The notes below the pieces were generated by a model. That model did not search any database and was not told the DNA's origin. It worked only from the letters and a program-made list of their open reading frames with translations. A stretch of DNA of 18,302 nucleotides. Source: Fimbriimonadales bacterium. Lineage in GTDB: Bacteria; Armatimonadota; Fimbriimonadia; Fimbriimonadales; ATM1. The translations under genes and the position numbers were made by a program. Of the stretch, positions 1 to 7,705 are shown piece after piece. Numbering within the stretch: position 1 is the first letter of the stretch; every line of letters starts with the position of its first letter. The stretch is from NCBI GenBank assembly GCA_041744215.1, contig JBGTLG010000007.1, positions 1 to 18,302 on the forward strand, given 5' to 3'.

Positions 1-2
1 GC

Positions 3-257
3 GACCGCCTTTCATCGCAGGCCGGGCTGAATCAACGGCAGTTCTGGCAACGCAGCTTTCGCGCGTTCGAAATCGTAAAGAAGGAGGTGTTTCTTCAGAA
101 GTTGAACTACATCCACCAAAACCCGGTCAGGCGCGGGTTGAGGGCCGTAGCAGAGCAATACGAATGGTTGAGTGCAAAGATGTATCTGAATGGCGAAGTC
201 GACTCGGATGGAGCTCTCGTCTCACGCGAACGTAGTCTCAACAGGAGGACCAGTTGA
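3..257 (+). mobile_element. 3' part of a REP-associated tyrosine transposase (RAYT/TnpA-REP, IS200-like Y1 HUH family), truncated by the window edge
   Basis: Not in the ORF track. Manual translation of frame 3 gives DRLSSQAGLNQRQFWQRSFRAFEIVKKEVFLQKLNYIHQNPVRRGLRAVAEQYEWLSAKMYL...RRTS*. The FWQ, YIHxNPVxxGL and YxWxSA motifs are typical of the RAYT C-terminal half. Stop TGA at 255-257. Confidence 0.85.
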
Positions 258-260
258 GAC
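232..260 (+). repeat. REP-like element: GTAG foot plus imperfect hairpin
   Basis: GTAG (232-235) runs into GTCTCAAC-A-GG-AGGA-CC-A-GTTGAGAC. This is an 8 bp stem (235-242/253-260), an A.A mismatch and a 2 bp extension, at the 3' end of the RAYT gene. Confidence 0.55.
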
Positions 261-340
261 ATCTGAAGACTATGATTGGTGGAAAGTAAGGAAAGCCAGA
301 GTGTTTCGCCCAGGAGCGGACTGAGCGGAGGTGAACTGTC

Positions 341-1372
341 ATGCAGCAACTAAGATCGATCATTTGCCAAAGTCGATTGCGTGAGACCCTATCAACGATG
401 TTGATTGGCGGCATTCTTGCGGCCGCCTGCTCGCCGCGTGCGCCTGTCTCGAAAGCCAAGGATACGATCCTACCTCACGCTGACACGATATTCTTTGCCG
501 AAACGAATGCATCTTACATAGGCTACACGCTAAAGATGCTGCGGCCGTGGCATGGGGGGGATCCTGAAGCGATCATCACGATAGACGTTGTTCACGACGT
601 GGTTTCACCCGTCTATTCCAAGAGCTTACGGGCCGTTGTGTTCGCCACAGACACCAGAATCTATAAAGTGCCGATCAAGAAGGGATCCTCGCAACAGTTG
701 CTGGTTTCGCCGGATGTTAGCAGGGATCGCAATGGACCAAACGCGCCCTTCGATGCGATAGCGATTTCCAACGCAGCTGATCGAATAGCCATCGGATACT
801 CGAAATTGGGCAGATGGACGCGCTTAGTCATTCTGTCGTTGCCCAAAGGTGAGATACTTCTTGACCTGGTTGATAAAGAGATAGATGAGATTTTGCCTGC
901 CAAGAGTGAGTACGTAGCAGACTGGCGCATCCACTTCGGCCATACCGGTGAACAATTGCTGGTGACGACTGTTTCCGATCGCATGTACGCAGACAGAACC
1001 GAAGAATACGAAGCCGATACTTACTTGGTAGATATGCGTGCAAAGACGGCGGAAAGAGTCGGTTTTGGAGGGCCGTGCGGACCACCTGCGGAAGATGGCA
1101 CGATAATATTGGCAAGCCCGATAGGTGGATTGAATTCGTCTATGAGAGTCGTTGCCGTTCGGCAAGGTGCGACACGAGAGCTTGTTGTTCCGCATGGCCT
1201 TGCTGTCGCTTCTACAGGCAACTCCGTTTATGTGTTTCGATACGACTACAGAACGGACTCTCAGGTCAATGTGGCGAAGTACGATTTGAGACTGGATCTC
1301 GTCCATGACTACGCTCCTATTCCCGACGCTAGCCTTGGACCGACTAACCTGTTTGGTGGTTGGACAGAGTAG
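341..1372 (+). CDS. hypothetical lipoprotein, probably beta-rich (TolB/propeller-like)
   Basis: 343 aa ORF with a GGAGG SD upstream of the ATG. The hydrophobic stretch ends in a lipobox-like LAAAC. Segments such as SPVYS and IAIS..ADRIAI suggest a propeller (inference). Confidence 0.7.
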   Translation: MQQLRSIICQSRLRETLSTMLIGGILAAACSPRAPVSKAKDTILPHADTIFFAETNASYIGYTLKMLRPWHGGDPEAIITIDVVHDVVSPVYSKSLRAVVFATDTRIYKVPIKKGSSQQLLVSPDVSRDRNGPNAPFDAIAISNAADRIAIGYSKLGRWTRLVILSLPKGEILLDLVDKEIDEILPAKSEYVADWRIHFGHTGEQLLVTTVSDRMYADRTEEYEADTYLVDMRAKTAERVGFGGPCGPPAEDGTIILASPIGGLNSSMRVVAVRQGATRELVVPHGLAVASTGNSVYVFRYDYRTDSQVNVAKYDLRLDLVHDYAPIPDASLGPTNLFGGWTE

Positions 1373-1662
1373 TTCTCAAGGTTCGCCGGCAGGTGGCCCG
1401 CGTGACTTGCTAGGGAGCAAAAGCGAAAACGAATATGATCAGATACGTGACAGCTAAATGAAAGGCTTGATCCGAGCACTGTGCCTTGGATCGGCGATGA
1501 TGCTGTTCGTTAGCAGCGTGAGCCAATCGTTCGGTGCCGTGTGCCAGGTCTGGATTGCGGGTCCGCACTCCGATCTCGGGCGCACTCCCGTAATCATGCA
1601 GCGATCCCTGGGCTACTGGGCGCGCTTGTTGCCTAGAATCGGATTTGACATACAATGGAGCT

Positions 1663-2496
1663 ATGAACGCACTGTTAGCAGCCCTCGCGGCCTTGTCCAT
1701 ACCCGTCGGGACCGCCACTATCGAGGTCGATCTCGACGGAACTAAGCTTGAACTCTATTCTTACAAGCCAGAGTCCTACAAAGGCGAGCGGATGATCATG
1801 GTGTTCCACGGAGTCAATCGCAACGCCGACACTTATCGCGACAACTCGAAGGGAATGGGTGACCGATTCAATGCGCTGATTATCGCGCCGAAGTTCGATA
1901 ACGAGCGCTTCCCGAGCCGCAAGTATCAGTTTGGCGGAATACTCAATGCGGACCGAAGCGCGGCAAAGCCAGAGGAGTGGACTTATGCGCTTATCCCAAA
2001 ACTCGCCGCCGAAATCCGCAAGCGAGAAGCAAAGCCAGAAATGAGATTCTGGATCATCGGGCACTCCGATGGCGGTCAGTTCGTCGCGAGGATGTCTGCA
2101 TTCCAGCACACCGGCGCAGAGCGGCAGGTCGCGGCGAATCCCGGTTCGCACCTTTTCCCAAATCGTGAAGCGCCATTCGGTTACGGTTTTGGCAACCTGC
2201 CAGACGAACTTTCGAACGACGATGTGCTTAAGCGCTACCTTGCTGCTCCGCTGACGATCTATCTTGGGACCGCAGACAACAAACCTGACGAATACTTCGA
2301 TTCAAGCGCAAACGCCATGCGGCAAGGGGAAGGCCGCTATCAGCGGGGAAAAGCCTGCTTCCAAGCGGCTCGCTCGTTGGCGGAAGCGAAGGGCTGGCCG
2401 TTTAAGTGGAGTCTTGTCGAGGCAGAGGGTGTCGCTCACGACCACGCGAAGATGTTCGATCACGAGAACTGCGAGAAGGCGCTCTTCGCGAAGTAG
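1663..2496 (+). CDS. secreted alpha/beta-hydrolase fold protein (esterase-like)
   Basis: Signal-like N-terminus (MNALLAALAALS), FHG oxyanion-type motif, nucleophile elbow GHSDGG, YLGTAD, and a C-terminal GVAHD with the candidate catalytic His. ATG 1663 preferred over TTG 1645. Confidence 0.85.
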   Translation: MNALLAALAALSIPVGTATIEVDLDGTKLELYSYKPESYKGERMIMVFHGVNRNADTYRDNSKGMGDRFNALIIAPKFDNERFPSRKYQFGGILNADRSAAKPEEWTYALIPKLAAEIRKREAKPEMRFWIIGHSDGGQFVARMSAFQHTGAERQVAANPGSHLFPNREAPFGYGFGNLPDELSNDDVLKRYLAAPLTIYLGTADNKPDEYFDSSANAMRQGEGRYQRGKACFQAARSLAEAKGWPFKWSLVEAEGVAHDHAKMFDHENCEKALFAK

Positions 2497-3327
2497 CTAC
2501 TTAGCGGGAGTCACGTTGACGTTGAAGATGACCGTCGCAGGTTCCTCGCCGCCGTCAGCGCGCTGAATCGTTCCCTTGCCAGTCAGCGTGAACGAGGCCT
2601 CGATGAGCTGCCCATTCTGTCGGTCGAAGTAATAGGTGCCTTTGATCGAGATCTTGTCGCCGCCCTCTGCGCTGGTGTCGACTTGCCAAGCGCGCGTCCC
2701 GCGCACGGTTCGCTCGCCGCGATAGATAAACTTCTGGACGTATTCGATCGCGCCAAAAATGGGCACGTCCATATAGGTCTCGAGGCCCCATTCGCTCCCG
2801 GGCTTTACGCGGCTTTTCGGAAACGGCACGAATCCGACGCTGACTCCGGACCTGAGGATTCCGTCGAGATTGCGGACGATCTGGCCGCGATCGTTGACGT
2901 TCAGCTCGAATCGGTCGGCATCGCGCGCGCTCGAGCCTTCTTCAGAAGTGGCCTCGACTCGGCTTGTCTCGATCTCGACAGTCGCGATACCATCTTCGAC
3001 AGCGAGAGCTTTCGTCGAATAATCCAATGTGATGGTTGTTGATCCGGAGAGCCTGGATTCCGGGGGATTGTTGTCCCGCGAATACTGAATCTCGCCTCGG
3101 ATCTTCCTGGCATGAACCTCGCCTGGCTTATAGGCGACCCTAAGCGCCAAGCCATCCGGGTAATCGACTTCAGGCTCGATGAGTTCTGGCGGAATCAGCT
3201 CCGCTGCTGGGGGCGGGTCAACTTGCCCGATCTGTCTTGGGTCGACCGTCAGATTGGAATCTTCGGTTTTTGGGCGACAGGCAAAGCCGCAGAGTGATAC
3301 CAGGAGTACGAGGGGAATCCACTTCAT
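2497..3327 (-). CDS. hypothetical lipoprotein (beta-strand rich)
   Basis: Real start is probably ATG 3327 (MKWIPLVLLVSLCGFAC, lipoprotein-like signal), followed by a Pro-rich linker and beta-rich body. The ORF-track extension to 4038 is antisense to the flavin reductase gene. Confidence 0.75.
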   Translation of the reverse strand: MKWIPLVLLVSLCGFACRPKTEDSNLTVDPRQIGQVDPPPAAELIPPELIEPEVDYPDGLALRVAYKPGEVHARKIRGEIQYSRDNNPPESRLSGSTTITLDYSTKALAVEDGIATVEIETSRVEATSEEGSSARDADRFELNVNDRGQIVRNLDGILRSGVSVGFVPFPKSRVKPGSEWGLETYMDVPIFGAIEYVQKFIYRGERTVRGTRAWQVDTSAEGGDKISIKGTYYFDRQNGQLIEASFTLTGKGTIQRADGGEEPATVIFNVNVTPAK

Positions 3328-3337
3328 CGAGGCTGTC

Positions 3338-3365
3338 ATTTTAGCGGATCGGACCGCGCCATAAT
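3338..3365. promoter_or_regulatory. divergent -10 elements (TAAAAT on minus, CATAAT on plus)
   Basis: ATTTTA at 3338-3343 lies 10 nt before ATG 3327 (minus). CATAAT at 3360-3365 lies 7 nt before ATG 3373 (plus). Neither gene has a clear SD. Confidence 0.45.
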
Positions 3366-3372
3366 ATCCTTG

Positions 3373-3999
3373 ATGGATTTCGTCTCTCTGGATCCGAGTG
3401 CGCTCACCCCCGCAGAGAGCTACCGGATCCTTGTGAACGCCGTCACTCCCCGCCCCATCGCGCTGATCAGCACGGTATCTGGTGCCGGCACGCCGAACCT
3501 CGCGCCGTTCAGCTATTTCCAGATCGGCGGCAACTCGCCACCCAGCCTCGTGTTCTCGGCGGCGACCCGCTTGGACGGAGCCGAGAAAGATACGCTTCGT
3601 AACATCCGCGAAACGGGTGAGTACTGCATCAATGTGGTGACGAGGGAAATGGCAGGCGGGATGAACATCTCGAGCTCGGCTTTGCCCATGGATGAGAGTG
3701 AATGGACTCTGGCGGCGTTCAGCAGGATCGAGTCTGAGATCGTTCGTCCAGCGCGCGTGGCCGAGAGCCCAGTTCAGTTTGAGTGCCGACTGTTTCAGAT
3801 CGTGGAGCACGGGTCCGGCCCGGGCTCGGCGAACTATGTGATCGGAGAAGTGGTACGGTTCCACATGCGATCGGGGCTCGGTGAGTCGCCTGAAGAACTT
3901 CGGACTATCGGCCGCCTCGGCGGCGACTGGTACATCGATACTGCGGAGGCTGAACTTTTCACCATGCCGCGACCATCTGACGGTGCGAATCGTCCCTAA
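3373..3999 (+). CDS. flavin reductase-like family protein (FMN-binding split barrel, DIM6/NTAB type)
   Basis: Characteristic motifs VTPRPIALIST, NLAPFSYF, KDTLRNIRETGEY, PARVAESPVQFEC and IGRLGG. Confidence 0.92.
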   Translation: MDFVSLDPSALTPAESYRILVNAVTPRPIALISTVSGAGTPNLAPFSYFQIGGNSPPSLVFSAATRLDGAEKDTLRNIRETGEYCINVVTREMAGGMNISSSALPMDESEWTLAAFSRIESEIVRPARVAESPVQFECRLFQIVEHGSGPGSANYVIGEVVRFHMRSGLGESPEELRTIGRLGGDWYIDTAEAELFTMPRPSDGANRP

Positions 4000-4051
4000 T
4001 TGAAGTTGCCCGTCGGTAAGCCGAGTTCCAGCGCGCAACCCATCCGGAAAG

Positions 4052-7000
4052 TTGAGACTAAAAAGCGTAAAGATCTACGGTTTCAAGTCCTTTGCAGACA
4101 GGACTGACATTGACGTCGATGGCAACTTGGTTGCGGTCGTAGGCCCTAATGGGTGTGGAAAGAGCAATCTCGTCGACGCGATACTTTGGGGGCTCGGGGA
4201 GTTAAGCCCGAAGCACCTTCGAGCCCAGCTTTCTACGGATGTCATCTTCGGCGGCTCTTCTAAGCGGAAGCAGCTTGGATACGCTGAAGTGGTGCTTACA
4301 TTCGACAACGAGGAGGGGCTGCTGCCCATTTCGTCGACCGAGGTGACTGTCGGTCGGAAGGTTGACCGGTCGGGTGAGAGCGCGTACAGCATCAACGGGC
4401 GGGCGTGCCGACTCAAAGACATCTATGAGCTGTTTGCGGACACCGGTTTGGGGCGAACTGGGTACGCGATCGTCACGCAGAGCGACATTGATCAAGCGCT
4501 GTCGGCAGCGCCAGAGATGCGTCGCGTTTGGCTGGATGAGGCGGCGGGGGTGCAGAAGTATCGGACGAGGAAGAAGGAGGCACTGACGCGATTGGACAGC
4601 GCGGTCCAGCACTTGACTCGCGTTACCGATGTGATCATCGAAATCGAGCGACAGCGAGAACCGCTGCGCGAGGAGGCCGAAGCGGCGCGGTCTTACAAGC
4701 AGAAGCTCGGCAGCTTGCGCGAGATCGAATCGGGTCTGCTCATTGTCGAGGCGGCGCAGCTGAAGTCGAAGATCGATGAGCTTGAGGGGACGATCAAAGA
4801 GCGGCGCGATCAATCGGAGAATCTGCGGTCGGAGGCCGAAGCCGACGATAGCGAAGCGGAAAGACTGTCTGTGCAACTGCGTGACGCCGAAACGGAGTTA
4901 GAACGGTTGGGCGATCGACTCAACGATGCGGTGGCGGCGGTAGAGCGGGCGGCTGCCAGAAAGGCACTGGCGGAGCAAAGGCTCAAGAACTTGGACGAGC
5001 TTGACCAGAATCGTGAGCGCGAGGAGGGTGCGGCGAAGTCGCGGTTAGAGCGCGCCGAGAAGTTTGTCAAAGCTTATGACTTCGAACTGAAGGAGGCGGA
5101 GCAGTCTGTCGCAGTTCTGTTGCGCGTCATTTCTGGTTCCGACGAAGAGGCAAAGGACTTTGCCGCGAGGCTCGCCGATGCTGAGAAGCGGCTATCTGCC
5201 GCGAGGATGCAGGAGGTCGAACGGATACAGCATGAGGCTCGACTCACGCACGCGAAGGACCGCCTTGATCATCTTCGTCGGGAGCTCGAAGGTGCAGCCG
5301 AGGCAGTTCCTGAACTGGAAGCCGGTCTTGCGGATGCCGAGAAACGGCATGCGGATGCCAAGCGCGCTCTGGACGCACTGCGCGCCGATTTTGCGGAACT
5401 GGACAAGGAACGGGCGCAGTGCGTCGAAACACTGCACCGTGTTGAAGAGAAGCGGCGCAAGGTGTTGGCTGAAGCTGCTGCTCTCGAAGGCAGGATTCAG
5501 GGCCTTCGAGCGACGCTTGAGTCGGGAGAAGGTTTGGTAGCTGGCGCGAGGGCGGTGCTCGAAGCGGCTAAAGCCAAGAAGCTGCAGGGTGAGTTTCGAC
5601 CGCTTGCATCCGCGATTCAAGCACCTTCAGAAATCGCACTTGCGATCGAAGCTGCGCTGGGTGCGGCATCAGGCGATCTCTTAACGCCGAAGGCAGATTC
5701 AGCGAAGTCGGCCATTGAGTATCTGAAGCGGGAAGGGCTTGGTCGGGCGACGTTTCTCGCAGCAGATCTCATCAATCCACGCCCCCGTCCGCACGGAATC
5801 GACGCGCTCGCGAGCGAGGCGGGAATTCGAGGTGTTGCTGCGGACTTGGTTCGGTTCGATGCCGCCGATAAGAAAGCCATCGAACTTCACTTGGGAGGCG
5901 TACTCGTTGCAGAGAACATCGATGCAGCGGTGAAGCTGGCAAAGAGAGAAGGGTTTCGCAAGATCGTTACGATTGATGGGGAAGTTCTTTATGCGGGTGG
6001 CGCGGTCACCGGGGGTCGGCACGCTAAGCAAAGCGCAGGCCCACTTCGTCGCCAGGCGGAGTTGGAGGACGCCGAGCGGCGACTGGAAGCGATTCTTGGC
6101 GAAGCGAATGATCTCGGCGCGCAGGCAGGTCAGGGGGAGAAAGCGGCAGAGGATTTAGCTCGCAAGGAAAGCGAGAGCCGTGATGCGGCGACTGCAGCTG
6201 ATCTCGAATTGAGCGAGGCGTTGCAATGGCTTACGGCGGTGCGTGAAGAGAAGCTTGCGACTGAGCGCGCACAACACAAGCTTCAGTTGGAGATTGAACA
6301 ACTGCAACTCGATATCTCGGCAAACCCTGCGAGCATCGAGGGCGAGTTGGATGCCGATCAACTTGAAGCGGAACGCAACGAACTCTTGAGTCTGGCGGCT
6401 GGAAAAGCTGCGGATGCCGAGCAAGCAAAGCGTGCCCTCGACGAGGCCGAAGACCGCGTGCGAACATCCAAAGAGCGGCTTCAGCACGCCGAGTTGGAGC
6501 TCGCAGACGCGCAAGCGGCGATGGAGCAGCGAATCGGCCGTCTGTCAAACATCGAAGAAGAGCGATCTGTGCAAGCAAGCCAAGTCGCCTCTGCGAGCGA
6601 TGAGTACGCCACAGCGGAACATGTTCGTGCCGAGGCAGACAAGAGACTGATGGCTGCTCGCGAGTCCAAGCGCGCGCTACAGGAGGAGGTTCATTCGCGA
6701 TCTGAACATGCGAAGACGAAGCGCGAGCTTGCGAGGAACCTAGAAGATGCGGCGTACCGTGACGACATCAATCGGGCGCGCGGGGAAACAAAGCGCGCCA
6801 GCACTCTCGCGAGACTGCTCGAAGAATACAACACTGATGAAGCAGACGCGATTCGCCAGGCGCCGCTCGTCGAGGTTCCACCTGATGCACAGAGAATCGC
6901 CAACGAGCTGAGGCGGGAGTTGAGAGCGCTTGGCGACGTCAATGTTGGCGCGATAGAAGCATACGAGCGTTTGACCGAGCGTTATGATGTCTTATCTCGT

Positions 7001-7588
7001 GAGCGCGACGACGTGCTATCCAGCAAGGCTGAGCTTGACAAGAGCGTCACCGAACTGGACAGACTGACGCGCGGCGCGTTTACCGAAACATTTGAAAAGG
7101 TCAACGTTGCTTTCGACGAGATGTTCGGAAAGCTGTTCGGTGGAGGCGAAGCAAAGCTGATTTTGACGGATCCGGACAAGATTCTTGAGACAGGCGTTGA
7201 CATTGAAGTACTGATTCCTGGCAAAAAGAAGCAGCGGTTGGAGCTACTCTCTGGCGGTGAGAGAGCGCTCTCTGCTTGCGCCTTCTTGTTCGCGCTGTTC
7301 AAGGTCAAGCCATCGCCGCTCGTCGTCCTTGACGAATTGGATGCACCGCTTGACGGTCGCAACGTCGAGCGCTACGTTGAGCTTCTCAAATCATTTGCAG
7401 AGCATATGCAGTTTATCGTCATTACACACAATCCGACAACGATTGAGGCTGCGCCCGTTTGGTTCGGTGTTACGATGCAGGAGCCAGGCGTATCGACAGT
7501 TGTGCCTTTTCGATCGAGGCGTCCGGAACTTGCTTCGAGCGAACCTGATGCCGAGCCAGTTCTGTCGCTTGCGCCGCGAAGCAACTGA
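4052..7588 (+). CDS. smc: chromosome segregation protein SMC
   Basis: 1178 aa. N-terminal GFKSF, Walker A GPNGCGKSN, long coiled coils, hinge (GRATFL, GGAVTGG), signature LSGGE and Walker B/D-loop VVLDELDAPLD. TTG start. Confidence 0.96.
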   Translation: MRLKSVKIYGFKSFADRTDIDVDGNLVAVVGPNGCGKSNLVDAILWGLGELSPKHLRAQLSTDVIFGGSSKRKQLGYAEVVLTFDNEEGLLPISSTEVTVGRKVDRSGESAYSINGRACRLKDIYELFADTGLGRTGYAIVTQSDIDQALSAAPEMRRVWLDEAAGVQKYRTRKKEALTRLDSAVQHLTRVTDVIIEIERQREPLREEAEAARSYKQKLGSLREIESGLLIVEAAQLKSKIDELEGTIKERRDQSENLRSEAEADDSEAERLSVQLRDAETELERLGDRLNDAVAAVERAAARKALAEQRLKNLDELDQNREREEGAAKSRLERAEKFVKAYDFELKEAEQSVAVLLRVISGSDEEAKDFAARLADAEKRLSAARMQEVERIQHEARLTHAKDRLDHLRRELEGAAEAVPELEAGLADAEKRHADAKRALDALRADFAELDKERAQCVETLHRVEEKRRKVLAEAAALEGRIQGLRATLESGEGLVAGARAVLEAAKAKKLQGEFRPLASAIQAPSEIALAIEAALGAASGDLLTPKADSAKSAIEYLKREGLGRATFLAADLINPRPRPHGIDALASEAGIRGVAADLVRFDAADKKAIELHLGGVLVAENIDAAVKLAKREGFRKIVTIDGEVLYAGGAVTGGRHAKQSAGPLRRQAELEDAERRLEAILGEANDLGAQAGQGEKAAEDLARKESESRDAATAADLELSEALQWLTAVREEKLATERAQHKLQLEIEQLQLDISANPASIEGELDADQLEAERNELLSLAAGKAADAEQAKRALDEAEDRVRTSKERLQHAELELADAQAAMEQRIGRLSNIEEERSVQASQVASASDEYATAEHVRAEADKRLMAARESKRALQEEVHSRSEHAKTKRELARNLEDAAYRDDINRARGETKRASTLARLLEEYNTDEADAIRQAPLVEVPPDAQRIANELRRELRALGDVNVGAIEAYERLTERYDVLSRERDDVLSSKAELDKSVTELDRLTRGAFTETFEKVNVAFDEMFGKLFGGGEAKLILTDPDKILETGVDIEVLIPGKKKQRLELLSGGERALSACAFLFALFKVKPSPLVVLDELDAPLDGRNVERYVELLKSFAEHMQFIVITHNPTTIEAAPVWFGVTMQEPGVSTVVPFRSRRPELASSEPDAEPVLSLAPRSN

Positions 7589-7660
7589 GGCTTGACTGCA
7601 TTTGAGCGTGGATATCGTTAGCTGTTGTTGATGTGCGAGTCGGACATCGCAGCAAAAGAA

Positions 7661-7695
7661 AAGACCCTTGGATTGCGATGCAATCCAAGGGTCTT
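7661..7695 (-). terminator. intrinsic terminator of pnp (possibly bidirectional with smc)
   Basis: Perfect 16 bp stem AAGACCCTTGGATTGC-GAT-GCAATCCAAGGGTCTT, followed on the minus strand by a T-rich tract, 10 nt after the pnp stop. Confidence 0.85.
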
Positions 7696-7705
7696 GCTGT
7701 TTCAG

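Noticed and set aside
2059..2078. GHSDGG instead of the commoner GHSAGG as a sign of an inactive hydrolase
   Set aside because: The GxSxG elbow is intact and Asp after the nucleophile occurs in active alpha/beta hydrolases.
3328..4038. N-terminal 237 aa of the 513 aa minus-strand ORF
   Set aside because: It is the antisense shadow of the flavin reductase gene. A lipoprotein signal begins at ATG 3327.
4051..4060. GTTGAGACTA at the smc start matching one arm of the REP-like hairpin
   Set aside because: Only 10 bp, lies in coding sequence and has no partner arm, so probably chance.
4052..7588. SMC-like defence ATPase (Wadjet JetC or similar)
   Set aside because: It has a canonical SMC head, hinge and length in a housekeeping context, with no jet-like partner genes. 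scpA/scpB are often unlinked.
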